Below are positions 37,678-47,116 of a stretch of 64,000 nt of DNA, piece by piece (within the stretch, counting starts at the first letter, position 1; the number at the start of each line of letters is the position of its first letter). Position numbers and translations under genes: made by a program. A model generated the notes under the pieces. The model was not told the DNA's origin. It saw only the letters and a list, made by a program, of their open reading frames with translations, and ran no database searches. The stretch comes from Fibrobacteria bacterium (lineage in GTDB: Bacteria > Fibrobacterota > Chitinivibrionia > Chitinivibrionales > FEN-1185): contig JBBIGR010000008.1 of the NCBI GenBank assembly GCA_037447435.1, positions 64,001 through 128,000 on the forward strand, read 5' to 3'.

Positions 37678-39552
37678 ATGTGCGGAATTATCGGATGCTG
37701 GCATAAGAACAAAGAACCTGTTTCCGAAAGCTTATTATTTTCAATGCGGGACCGGATGTTCAGCAGAGGGCCGGATGATGCTGGAGTTTGGTTCAACGAC
37801 GACAAAACGATAGCGCTCGGTCATAGAAGGCTGTCAATATTAGATTTGTCGTCCTTAGGTCATCAGCCTATGAAATCGGCGTTTGGAGACAATGTAATAA
37901 CTTATAATGGCGAGATTTATAATTACCTGGAAATTCGCAAAGAATTGGAAAAAGATGGATTTTGTTTTAAAAGCAATTGCGATACTGAAGTAGTTATAGC
38001 TAGTTATCAAAAGTGGGGTATGAATTGCGTAAAACATTTCAATGGCATGTTTGTTTTTGCTATTTGGGATAATGCAAAACGGGGAATGTTTTTGGCGCGT
38101 GATCGTATTGGAAAAAAACCTCTTTATTATTTTAATGATGAAAATCGATTCCTATTTGCTTCGCAGATATCTTCGTTGCTCTTGCATCCAGCGTGCCCGC
38201 GGGAAGTTGAAAAGAATGCATTATCATATTATCTTCAAATTGGATTTGTACCGGCGCCATTATCAATGGTTAAAAATGTGGTGAAAATGCAGGCTGCACA
38301 TGTCTTATGGATAGACTCATCAGGCATTACGGAACAATGTTATTGGAATGCCGATATGTTTTCAATTGACCCATCACTTGAGTCGGTCAATGAAAAAGAC
38401 ATCATTGATAAATTCGATTTTCTTTTACGTGATGCAGTGCGGAAACGATTGCTTTCAGACGTTCCGCTCGGCGCATTTCTGTCCGGTGGCATTGATTCGT
38501 CTTTGGTGACGAGTCTTATGTGCCAAGTATCAAGTAACAGACCGAAAACATTTACGATTGGATTTGACAATGAAAAATTCAACGAAGCCCCTTTTGCCCG
38601 GGAGGTTGCACAATATCTAAATACCGATCATTATGAAAAAATCATGACGCCAGAAGACCTTCTTAATCTTATGGAAGACAATACATTCCATTACGATGAA
38701 CCGTTTGCCGACTGGTCAAGTTTGCCGACAATGTTGCTTTCTAAATTTACACGGTCTTCGGTGACCGTTGCTCTTTCGGGTGATGGGGGTGACGAGTTAT
38801 TTGCGGGTTATCATTATTATTCAATACTAAAAATATTGCATCATATGAAAAAAATTCCTTCTCAATTGCGGCTTGGTATTTCGAAAATATTAAAATCTTC
38901 CGGCCAGCATCAATTCATTCTGCTTGGCAATGCAATGGAAAACAAAAGTGCTATTGATTCATTTGCATTTATGAGGACTATGAGCAAGGATTTTGATATT
39001 GGATGGCTTATGGAGGAGCGGGGAAATACTATATCTGATCTTTTTTCCGAGAGGAATAATACTTTTCCCACCGAGGATGATGTGTCAAGAGCCTGTCGTC
39101 TTGACATGGCCTATTTCTTGACAGATGACATCCTCAAGAAAGTTGATGTTGCCTCAATGGCTGCAAGCCTCGAGGTACGAAGCCCGATATTGGACTATAG
39201 AATAGTTGAATTTGCCCTTTCTTTGCCTGTTAAATATAAATTGAGAGGTTTGACTTCAAAATATTTAATGAAAAAGATTCTTGGCCGTTATTTGCCTCAA
39301 AATCTAATAAAGCGAAAGAAAAAAGGGTTTGTATTGCCCTTGCACCAATGGTTCAGACATGAGCTTAAAGACATGCTTCTTTCAGAGCTTTGCCGATCAA
39401 AAGTAGAACAGTTTCCAGGTTTACGGTTTGATGCCGTTAAACAATTAGTAGATATTCATCTCTCCGGGAAGAGGGACACCCATCCAATGCTGTGGTCTCT
39501 AATTTGTCTTATCCGGTGGAATGAAAAAATCAGAAATTTCCCAGCTTCTTAA
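37678..39552 (+). CDS. asnB: AsnB-like glutamine-dependent amidotransferase, copy 3
   Basis: Start placed at MCGIIG (37678) so that Cys2 is the Ntn nucleophile. RGPDD, HRRLSILD, YNGEIYN, FLSGGIDSS, GDGGDELFAGY. Confidence 0.92.
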   Translation: MCGIIGCWHKNKEPVSESLLFSMRDRMFSRGPDDAGVWFNDDKTIALGHRRLSILDLSSLGHQPMKSAFGDNVITYNGEIYNYLEIRKELEKDGFCFKSNCDTEVVIASYQKWGMNCVKHFNGMFVFAIWDNAKRGMFLARDRIGKKPLYYFNDENRFLFASQISSLLLHPACPREVEKNALSYYLQIGFVPAPLSMVKNVVKMQAAHVLWIDSSGITEQCYWNADMFSIDPSLESVNEKDIIDKFDFLLRDAVRKRLLSDVPLGAFLSGGIDSSLVTSLMCQVSSNRPKTFTIGFDNEKFNEAPFAREVAQYLNTDHYEKIMTPEDLLNLMEDNTFHYDEPFADWSSLPTMLLSKFTRSSVTVALSGDGGDELFAGYHYYSILKILHHMKKIPSQLRLGISKILKSSGQHQFILLGNAMENKSAIDSFAFMRTMSKDFDIGWLMEERGNTISDLFSERNNTFPTEDDVSRACRLDMAYFLTDDILKKVDVASMAASLEVRSPILDYRIVEFALSLPVKYKLRGLTSKYLMKKILGRYLPQNLIKRKKKGFVLPLHQWFRHELKDMLLSELCRSKVEQFPGLRFDAVKQLVDIHLSGKRDTHPMLWSLICLIRWNEKIRNFPAS

Positions 39553-39569
39553 ACTAAAATAAGGATTCT

Positions 39570-40553
39570 ATGATTTCAGGGTACGAAAAGTATTTGGTGT
39601 GTCCGCAATGTCAATCAGAATTAACATTGGTTGCAAAAGAAATTGTGGAAGGTCGAGTTCAGACCGGAATTTTAAAATGTTTAAAATGCCGGACTGAATA
39701 TGCAATCGTTGGTTTTATTCCGCGATTTATTTCTTCAGATAACTATGCTTTGAGTTTTGGATTTGAGTGGAATATTCATGGGAAAACACAATACGATTCG
39801 GCATCGGGTGCGGCGATTTCTTATGAAAGATTTTTTAAAGAAACACAGTGGCCAAAGGATTTAAGAGGTGAATTACTCTTAGAAGCAGGTTGTGGTTCTG
39901 GCCGGTTTACAGAGCATGCAGCCGCCACTGGTGCAATGGTTATTTCTTTTGATTTGAGCAATGCGGTTGAAGCAAATTATCGTTCTAACGGTCACAAAAA
40001 AAATGTTCTCATTGTGCAAGCAGACATTTACCACATGCCGTTTGCTCGGGAATCCTTTGATAGGATTTATTGCTTAGGGGTTCTTCAACATACCCCGGAC
40101 GTCCATCGGTCATTTGTTGCATTATCTGATCATTTGAAAAAAAACGGCAGCCTAGTCATCGATGTATATCGCAAGTTTCATTGGTTAAAACAGATGTTTT
40201 TTACAAAATATTGGATCAGACCTATTACAAAAAAAATCGATCCGCAAAAGTTATATTCGATAATTTCTTTATACATACATTTGATGTGGCCAATTGCCCG
40301 TTGCATTAATGCTCTGCCGATGGGAAGAAAAATTAATACGGTACTGTTAATTGCGGATTTTCGGGGAGTGTTCAATTTAAATGAGGAACAATTGAAAGAA
40401 TGGGCGATATTGGATACTTTTGACATGCTGTCCCCACAATACGATTTTCCGCAAACAATGAGGACTGTTTCAAATTGGTTTAGAAACTCGCAATTCGCCA
40501 AATTTGAAGTTCAGCCTGGGCATATTGGTATTGAAGGAAGAGGCACTAAGTGA
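39570..40553 (+). CDS. Class I SAM methyltransferase with an N-terminal Trm112-like Zn knuckle
   Basis: LVCPQC...LKCLKC..EY.I..FIPRF, then LLEAGCGSGRF, QADIYHMPF, GVLQHTP. Confidence 0.87.
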   Translation: MISGYEKYLVCPQCQSELTLVAKEIVEGRVQTGILKCLKCRTEYAIVGFIPRFISSDNYALSFGFEWNIHGKTQYDSASGAAISYERFFKETQWPKDLRGELLLEAGCGSGRFTEHAAATGAMVISFDLSNAVEANYRSNGHKKNVLIVQADIYHMPFARESFDRIYCLGVLQHTPDVHRSFVALSDHLKKNGSLVIDVYRKFHWLKQMFFTKYWIRPITKKIDPQKLYSIISLYIHLMWPIARCINALPMGRKINTVLLIADFRGVFNLNEEQLKEWAILDTFDMLSPQYDFPQTMRTVSNWFRNSQFAKFEVQPGHIGIEGRGTK

Positions 40554-40619
40554 TATTATATTATTGCACCGATAGGCTATTTAAAGGACTGTTTTTGTAC
40601 CCTTTTTTTATGGGAAAAC

Positions 40620-41762
40620 ATGCATATCGTTATTGACGCTCTATCATCCGTAAGTGGTGGGGCTGAATCGTATCTGCGCAATTGTTTACCAAGATTATAC
40701 GATCTTTTTTTGGCAAGTAAAGGGGAGCACAAATTTACGATTCTTGCCTTTAAAGAGCAAACCCATCTGTTTCCATTGGTTCCTAAAAGTGCATGTTTCC
40801 TGATTGAAAAAAAAAGAATTTCAGGATTTAAGCTAGCACTATGGCAACGGTTCTCCCTGAGGCGCATAGTAAAAGATCTTGCTGCAGATGTTCTTTTCAC
40901 GCCATACCAAGTCGGAAGGCCCTATCCCGGCGTAAAGCGGGTTGTTATGTTTAGGAATATGGATCCGTTTACTTTTCATAAATACAAATATGGTGCTTTT
41001 CTGGTTTTTCGCAAAACCATTTTAAAATGGGAATCAATATTTTCAATGAAGCATGCCGATCGTGTGATTGCAGTTTCTGAGTATGTAAAAAATTTTGCAG
41101 AAAAAGAACTTAAAATTGATTCCAATAAAGTTTTTACGATTCATCATGGCAGAGATCTTAGGTTTTGTCCCGAAGCTGATTTGGAAAAAGACTCTCAAAT
41201 TCTAAACGAGTTCGGTATTTCAACGCCTTTTATTTTTACCTGTGGATTGTTATGGCCTTATCGTCGCTGTGAAGATGTGATTCGGGCTTTCGATGGTGCG
41301 ATAAATTTGGACAACAATTGTCATCTTGTTATATGCGGCACCGGCTTTAAGCCGTATGTTCGTTTTATTGAAAAATGTATTTCTCAATCGAAACGAAAAA
41401 ATAACATTCGGATGTTGGGCAATGTATCCGTAGAGGCAATGCAGGTGTTCTTCAGAAAATGCAAAATATGCGTTATTGCTACTGAAGTAGAGGCATGTCC
41501 AAATATAGCAATTGAAGCGTTGTCCTCAGGCAGTGCGATAATTTCCGCAGATAACCAGCCACTTACGGAAATTTTTGCAAATAGTGTAGGATATTTTTCC
41601 TCAAGAAACACCAAGGAACTAGCCATCATGATGAACAATGTTTTCAATGATCCTCAAGAAATCTCCAATTTAAAATGCCGCGCTTTAAAAAGGGCCAGCG
41701 CATTTTCATGGGATCAATGCGCAATAAGAACATATTCTGCCCTTGTAAATTGGCAAATCTAA
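40620..41762 (+). CDS. GT4 glycosyltransferase
   Basis: GGAESY, ADRVIAVSE, IHHG, EACPNIAIEAL, FSWD. Confidence 0.87.
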   Translation: MHIVIDALSSVSGGAESYLRNCLPRLYDLFLASKGEHKFTILAFKEQTHLFPLVPKSACFLIEKKRISGFKLALWQRFSLRRIVKDLAADVLFTPYQVGRPYPGVKRVVMFRNMDPFTFHKYKYGAFLVFRKTILKWESIFSMKHADRVIAVSEYVKNFAEKELKIDSNKVFTIHHGRDLRFCPEADLEKDSQILNEFGISTPFIFTCGLLWPYRRCEDVIRAFDGAINLDNNCHLVICGTGFKPYVRFIEKCISQSKRKNNIRMLGNVSVEAMQVFFRKCKICVIATEVEACPNIAIEALSSGSAIISADNQPLTEIFANSVGYFSSRNTKELAIMMNNVFNDPQEISNLKCRALKRASAFSWDQCAIRTYSALVNWQI

Positions 41763-41808
41763 TTTGAAATAATTGTATTTCACAAAAAGTAATCTAAAGG
41801 TTTGAAAA

Positions 41809-42510
41809 ATGAAAAAAGAGCCTAATAAATTATCTAGGGACAAATGGGTAATTCAGGAACTTTTAAAAATTCCCAAAGGATTTAGACTGCTTGATGTTGG
41901 CGCAGGTACATCCCCTTACAGAATTTTTTGCAAACATCTGATATATGAGTCTCAAGATTTCTGTCAACTTGATCCTCAACAAATGGGTGGAAAAAATTAT
42001 CCTTTACATACATTTGCAAGTGATGTCTGTTCTATTCCAGCACCCGATGCGACGTATGATGCAATACTCTGCACGGAGGCATTGGAACATTTTCCAAGGC
42101 CAATTGAGGCAATTGGAGAAATGGTGCGTTTACTTAAAATGGGCGGCACCCTTTTTCTTACTGCGCCGTTAGGAAGCGGATTGCATCAAAAGCCATATCA
42201 TTATTATGGAGGATTCACTCCATTTTGGTATGAGTATGTCTGTAAAGAATATGGTTTAGGAGTCAAGTCCATACAACCTTCCGGTGGTTTTTTCTTTTTA
42301 TTAGCCCAGGAATGTGCGAGGGCTGAGGTTTTTTTGCGCAAGAGTATTGATTGCAAAAAATGGACAAAGTTACTATGGTTAATTTTAGGACCAATTTTGA
42401 GGTGTTTTATAGCACCCGTATTTCGGATTATTGATAGACCTTCGGCATCTTCAGAATTTACTATAGGTTACCATGTAGTTTGTGTCAAGCAAAAAGATGT
42501 CCGAAATTAA
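41809..42510 (+). CDS. Class I SAM methyltransferase
   Basis: LLDVGAGTSPY, DAILCTEALEH, RLLKMGG..LTAP...HQKPY. Confidence 0.85.
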   Translation: MKKEPNKLSRDKWVIQELLKIPKGFRLLDVGAGTSPYRIFCKHLIYESQDFCQLDPQQMGGKNYPLHTFASDVCSIPAPDATYDAILCTEALEHFPRPIEAIGEMVRLLKMGGTLFLTAPLGSGLHQKPYHYYGGFTPFWYEYVCKEYGLGVKSIQPSGGFFFLLAQECARAEVFLRKSIDCKKWTKLLWLILGPILRCFIAPVFRIIDRPSASSEFTIGYHVVCVKQKDVRN

Positions 42511-42583
42511 ATTGAAGTAGATCACTGATTTGGATTTTCAGACGGCCGAACGGATGAAAAATATTCTAACTAAGAGGGAATAA

Positions 42584-43141
42584 GTGAATACAGTTGATTT
42601 AGGGTCCTATCAAAAAGTCTACAATCCAGGGAATTTAGTGAGAACAATTATGTGGTATTTCGTCAATATAACAATTTTTCAATCGGGATTGCCATATCCG
42701 ACTTTTTTAAAGGTATGGTTGCTTCGCTTTTTTGGAGCATCAGTTGGCAGCAAAGTTATGGTAAAGCCAGGCATCGCAATAAAGTACCCATGGCATCTTT
42801 CTATCGGAAATAACGTCTGGCTGGGTGAAAAAGTATGGATTGACAATCTAGCCAAGATAATTATTGGCAATAATGTATGTATTTCCCAAGGGGCATATCT
42901 GATGACCGGGAATCATGATTATAAAAAGCCCTCATTCGATCTCATTATTGCTCCTATTATTATTGAAGACGGGGTATGGGTGGGGGCGCGAGCTGTAATT
43001 TGTCCTGGTGCTAAGCTTGGAACTCATTCGGTGATTACTGCCGGGAGTGTGGCAGTTGCGAATACGCCACAATTTACAATATGTCAAGGCAATCCAGCCG
43101 TTCCGACAAGGAAAAGAGTCATAGATCATGAAGCCAGTTGA
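42584..43141 (+). CDS. wcaF: WcaF-like hexapeptide O-acetyltransferase
   Basis: LLRFFGA.VG, IKYPWHLSIG, WIDNL, CISQGAYLMTGNHDY, GNPA. Confidence 0.88.
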   Translation: MNTVDLGSYQKVYNPGNLVRTIMWYFVNITIFQSGLPYPTFLKVWLLRFFGASVGSKVMVKPGIAIKYPWHLSIGNNVWLGEKVWIDNLAKIIIGNNVCISQGAYLMTGNHDYKKPSFDLIIAPIIIEDGVWVGARAVICPGAKLGTHSVITAGSVAVANTPQFTICQGNPAVPTRKRVIDHEAS

Positions 43142-44252
43142 GCTTTGCAAGGAAAAATCGAGTTTTTTACATTTTACACGATGGCTTGCCGCGTTCATTG
43201 TTTTGGTAGGTCATACTCAGATGGTTGCTTCTCTGACATTTGGCAAAGAGATGAACTATAATTCCATCCATTGGTACTATTATTTTTGTTTTCATGCTCA
43301 TATTGCTGTGATAATGTTTTTTGTTCTAAGCGGATATGTGGTGGCGTACTCCACATTCATCAAACTTAACGGTTCTGATGAGTATCGATTTGTCAATTAT
43401 TTTATAGATAGATGGTCCAGAATATATTCTGTCCTAATAGCGGCGATTATATTGACAATAGTGCTGGATTTTTACGGGAAATATTTCAATAGGTTGTATT
43501 TTGATTCAGCCATTATTCCTCAAGATCACAGAGTTATGCGGCTTTTATTGAATATTTGCAGTCTTCAGGGGCTTCATGGTTATAGGATCCAATTCGGCAG
43601 CAATTCGGCATTATGGTCTATTGGATATGAATTTTGTTATTACTTCATTTTTGGGCTAGTGGTTTTTTCAAAACAACTCATAAAGCGAAAAATATTACTT
43701 TATCCGATACTTTTAGGTGTTTCAGTAATTATCGGGTCGAAAATGCTTTTCTACTTTTTAATTTGGAGTATGGGTGTTTTTGCTTTTTGGATATTTCATT
43801 ATAAGAAATATCATTTGCCTTTTTTCATTCGTATTTGGTTGTGTGTTCTTGCAGTAATTGCAAATCATTTTATTGTTTATAAAAATATATTTACTCATAA
43901 TCAATATATACAAGACCTCATTATGGGTCTGATATTTTCATTAATCCTGCTTTGTGATGGCAACAGAAACGGAGTTAATGGCTTTATTAAAAGGGTAAAT
44001 ACATTCATGTCGGATTTCAGCTATTCATTATATGCATATCATTTGCCGATCTTAATGTTTATAAGCATGAGCCTAAGCAGGATTATTCGTGCAAAGCATG
44101 TCGAGTTTTATCAATTGTCTATTGGTCTCTCAATTGCGAGCTTTTTCATTGTCAGAGTATTGTATCTTTTTACGGAACATCAAAGAGGCAAATTAAAAGC
44201 TCTAGCCTATACTATTTTACGAAATACCACGACAATAGATAGGAACCGATGA
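43128..44252 (+). CDS. Acyltransferase_3 (OafA-like) membrane O-acyltransferase
   Basis: RWLAA..VLVGH, AVIMFFVLSGYV, RWSRIY, WSIGYEFCYY, SYSLYAYHLP. Confidence 0.9.
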   Translation: MKPVELCKEKSSFLHFTRWLAAFIVLVGHTQMVASLTFGKEMNYNSIHWYYYFCFHAHIAVIMFFVLSGYVVAYSTFIKLNGSDEYRFVNYFIDRWSRIYSVLIAAIILTIVLDFYGKYFNRLYFDSAIIPQDHRVMRLLLNICSLQGLHGYRIQFGSNSALWSIGYEFCYYFIFGLVVFSKQLIKRKILLYPILLGVSVIIGSKMLFYFLIWSMGVFAFWIFHYKKYHLPFFIRIWLCVLAVIANHFIVYKNIFTHNQYIQDLIMGLIFSLILLCDGNRNGVNGFIKRVNTFMSDFSYSLYAYHLPILMFISMSLSRIIRAKHVEFYQLSIGLSIASFFIVRVLYLFTEHQRGKLKALAYTILRNTTTIDRNR

Positions 44253-45487
44253 ACGTTTTAATTATTAATCAAACTTTTTTCCCTGATCAGGTCGCGGTCT
44301 CTCAGTATCTCACAGATTTCACTGAACAGCTTGCAAATTCAGGGCATCGGATTAAAGTGCTGGCAGGGTCACGTGACTATGAAAATCCATCTATAGTTTT
44401 TGCGCGATCTGAGACATACAAAACGATTGCGGTGGAGCGCATAGGGTCGACACAATTTATTAAAAAAACTAAGTTTGGAAGGCTTGTCAATTTCGTAAGT
44501 TTTAATCTTGCATTATGCGCACATTTATTCTTTTCTGAACGAAGTCGATATGATCTTGTCATCGGATCAACCGTGCCGCCAATGGTTGGTATTGTCGCAA
44601 GTTTATTTTCCTTTTTTCATAATGTACCATTTATCTATTGGGTTATGGACCTGCAGCCCGACGAGGCTATTGCTGCGGATTACTTAAAACAAAACTCCCT
44701 TATTGCTCGTACTATGATTTTGGCAGGAAAAATTCCTTTGAGGTTAGCTTGCTCGATAATTGTTCTTGACTCATATATGAAAGAACGAATCAAGACAAAA
44801 GGAATTACAGAAAATAAAATATCCGTTGTTCCCCTATGGCCGATTATTGATAAGGACTCGTTTAATGACGAGTCGGCACTTGCCTTCCGCAAAAAACATG
44901 GGTTTGGCGAAAAAACCGTTGTGATGTATTCGGGAAATCATTCTGTTTGCCATCCATTAGATACATTGCTGGAAGCGAGTAAAGTACTTGAGGGGACGAA
45001 CGAGTTCATTTTTGCTTTTGTCGGAGGAGGAGTTCGCGTTGATCAAGTAGCCCGCGAAGTAAAGACGTACGGTCTGAAGAATGTAATCCAGCTGCCATAT
45101 CAAAAAAGAGAATTTCTGGCAGACGTTCTTCTTTCGGCCGATATTCACATTGTTGTCATGGGCGATCCTTTTGTCGGCATTATTCATCCATCCAAAATCT
45201 ACGGTATCCTTGCCGTGGGAAAGCCATTTGTTTTTATCGGACCAGACCAATGCCATGTGAAAGATATTATAAAGGATGTCGGATTTGGATATGATGTTCG
45301 TACCGGAGATTCGTCTGGATTAGTATCTGCATTGCTTTCGATACGAAATCTTTCTACTCAACAGCTTGAAATTGCGAAGGAAAACGAGCGGAAATTTGCA
45401 TATGACACATTTGGTCGAAAAGAATGCGCCGGCCGGATTGCGGCAATTGCCGAGAACTCCGTAAAATTGAGGAAAAAGCAAGTTTGA
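44249..45487 (+). CDS. GT4 glycosyltransferase (WcaI/WbuB-like)
   Basis: QTFFPD, WVMDLQPD, VMYSGN, PSKIYGILA.GKP. Confidence 0.87.
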   Translation: MNVLIINQTFFPDQVAVSQYLTDFTEQLANSGHRIKVLAGSRDYENPSIVFARSETYKTIAVERIGSTQFIKKTKFGRLVNFVSFNLALCAHLFFSERSRYDLVIGSTVPPMVGIVASLFSFFHNVPFIYWVMDLQPDEAIAADYLKQNSLIARTMILAGKIPLRLACSIIVLDSYMKERIKTKGITENKISVVPLWPIIDKDSFNDESALAFRKKHGFGEKTVVMYSGNHSVCHPLDTLLEASKVLEGTNEFIFAFVGGGVRVDQVAREVKTYGLKNVIQLPYQKREFLADVLLSADIHIVVMGDPFVGIIHPSKIYGILAVGKPFVFIGPDQCHVKDIIKDVGFGYDVRTGDSSGLVSALLSIRNLSTQQLEIAKENERKFAYDTFGRKECAGRIAAIAENSVKLRKKQV

Positions 45488-46461
45488 AACAAACCATATT
45501 AATAACTGGAGCGAATGGCTTTATTGGATCAAATATCTGCAGACATTTACTTGCTGCAGGATACGAGTGTCGAGTCCTGGTTCGAACAAAAAGTGGAGTA
45601 CCCTCTGGCTGCGATATAGTATTAGGAGAATTTGAGAATACCATTTTGGCTCCAGATATCTTCCGAAATGTTCATGCGGTTGTTCATTGTGCCGCTCACG
45701 TTCACAAAATGGGAAGAATGAAAGGCAGCGATAACGAGGAATACTTCCGGGTCAACAGAGATCTCACTCAGAAGCTTGCTCAAAGCGCGATCTCCGTCGG
45801 TATAAAAATGTTTATTTTTCTAAGCAGTACCAAGGTGATGGGTGACCATAATGCTTTGGGCAAAATATATACCGAAGAAGACACTCCTATGCCTACAGAC
45901 TCGTATGGCCAGAGCAAATATGAGGCTGAAAAGATTCTAAAGGAACTTTATATATCGGAATCGGAGTTGCAATGTGTGGTTCTGCGGCTTCCGATGGTCT
46001 ATGGACCTGCCAACAAAGGCAATATGATTTCGCTTATAGCAACGGCAAGTCGAGGAATCCCTTTGCCGCTTTCGGCTGCTCGCGGAAAACGTAGCATGAT
46101 CTATATCGGGAATATTTGCAGCGCTATTGAAACGTTGCTAGCATGGGAAGGGAAAACCAAAAATTCCTGGGAATGTTTTAATTTGACAGATACGATAGAT
46201 ATAACAAGTAAGCAGCTTTATAGGGCCATTTACGGCTCGTTTAGAAATGGAACCGGTATATTATGGTTTCCAGAAATCCTTGTAAATCTAGTACGGCGAA
46301 TTGTGCCGTTATGTGAGCCTGTAATATCACGGTTGTTTAATTGTTACAGATTCTCGTCGAAAAAGTTCCAGAAAACCTTTGAGTGGTCGGCGCCGTTTTC
46401 ATTTGAAGAGGGCATTGCAGAAACTATTACATGGTACAAAAAAAAATCTATCAATCAATAA
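45484..46461 (+). CDS. NAD-dependent epimerase/dehydratase (WbpV/WbpK-like 4-reductase)
   Basis: TGANGFIG, VVHCAAHVH, FLSS, YGQSK, LRLPMVYG. TTG start overlapping the upstream TGA. Confidence 0.85.
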   Translation: MKQTILITGANGFIGSNICRHLLAAGYECRVLVRTKSGVPSGCDIVLGEFENTILAPDIFRNVHAVVHCAAHVHKMGRMKGSDNEEYFRVNRDLTQKLAQSAISVGIKMFIFLSSTKVMGDHNALGKIYTEEDTPMPTDSYGQSKYEAEKILKELYISESELQCVVLRLPMVYGPANKGNMISLIATASRGIPLPLSAARGKRSMIYIGNICSAIETLLAWEGKTKNSWECFNLTDTIDITSKQLYRAIYGSFRNGTGILWFPEILVNLVRRIVPLCEPVISRLFNCYRFSSKKFQKTFEWSAPFSFEEGIAETITWYKKKSINQ

Positions 46462-47018
46462 AACGCATTTTTGATGTGTCGGCGGCGGCAGCGGCTTTAA
46501 TCATACTTGCCTTGCCGCTTGGTTGTATTGCATTGGCAATTAAATTGACCTCCTCCGGTCCTGTCATTCACTGGTCAAGACGAATCGGTAAGAATAATTT
46601 GCTTTTTCAAATGGCAAAATTCCGGACAATGCGCGTTGATACACCTCAAGTAGCAACGCACCTTTTGAAAGATTCAAGTGCGTATGTAACCTCGATAGGC
46701 AAATTCCTCCGGAAATTCAGTCTGGACGAATTACCGCAATTGATAAATATTATTTCAGGAGATTTGAGTTTCGTAGGGCCAAGGCCGGCGCTTTTCAATC
46801 AGGATGATCTCATACGTTTAAGAACTGAAAAAAATGTTCATAAATTCATCCCCGGGCTTACAGGTTGGGCCCAAATTAATGGGAGAGATGAATTGCAGAT
46901 CCCCCAAAAAGTAGAATTTGATGCTTACTATTGCGAACATAGTTCATTCTTATTTGACATTAAAATTATTGTCTTAACAGTGTTTAAAGCGTTTTCAGGG
47001 GCAGGGGTTTGCCATTAA
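46431..47018 (+). CDS. Small monotopic phosphoglycosyltransferase (PglC-like initiating sugar transferase)
   Basis: KRIFD, KFRTM, LRKFSLDELPQL, SFVGPRP, PGLTGWAQINGR. Confidence 0.92.
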   Translation: MVQKKIYQSIKRIFDVSAAAAALIILALPLGCIALAIKLTSSGPVIHWSRRIGKNNLLFQMAKFRTMRVDTPQVATHLLKDSSAYVTSIGKFLRKFSLDELPQLINIISGDLSFVGPRPALFNQDDLIRLRTEKNVHKFIPGLTGWAQINGRDELQIPQKVEFDAYYCEHSSFLFDIKIIVLTVFKAFSGAGVCH

Positions 47019-47116
47019 ATATGTATTCCTAATTTGAAGAGCACATATATAAGAAAATAATGATTCTGGCCTGTTATGCCGGATCTGTTTTGATAGAAAA
47101 GAAATAAGCACAATTT

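Noticed and set aside
13555..39552. AsnB proteins as lasso-peptide cyclases or asparagine biosynthesis enzymes
   Set aside because: They have intact Ntn glutaminase domains, no precursor peptide or B protein is present, and the glycan context favours sugar amidation.
47062..47092. Weak hairpin TCTGGC/GCCGGA followed by TCTGTTTT before wbpM
   Set aside because: A 6-bp stem with a G-U pair and an interrupted U-tract is too weak to call a terminator.
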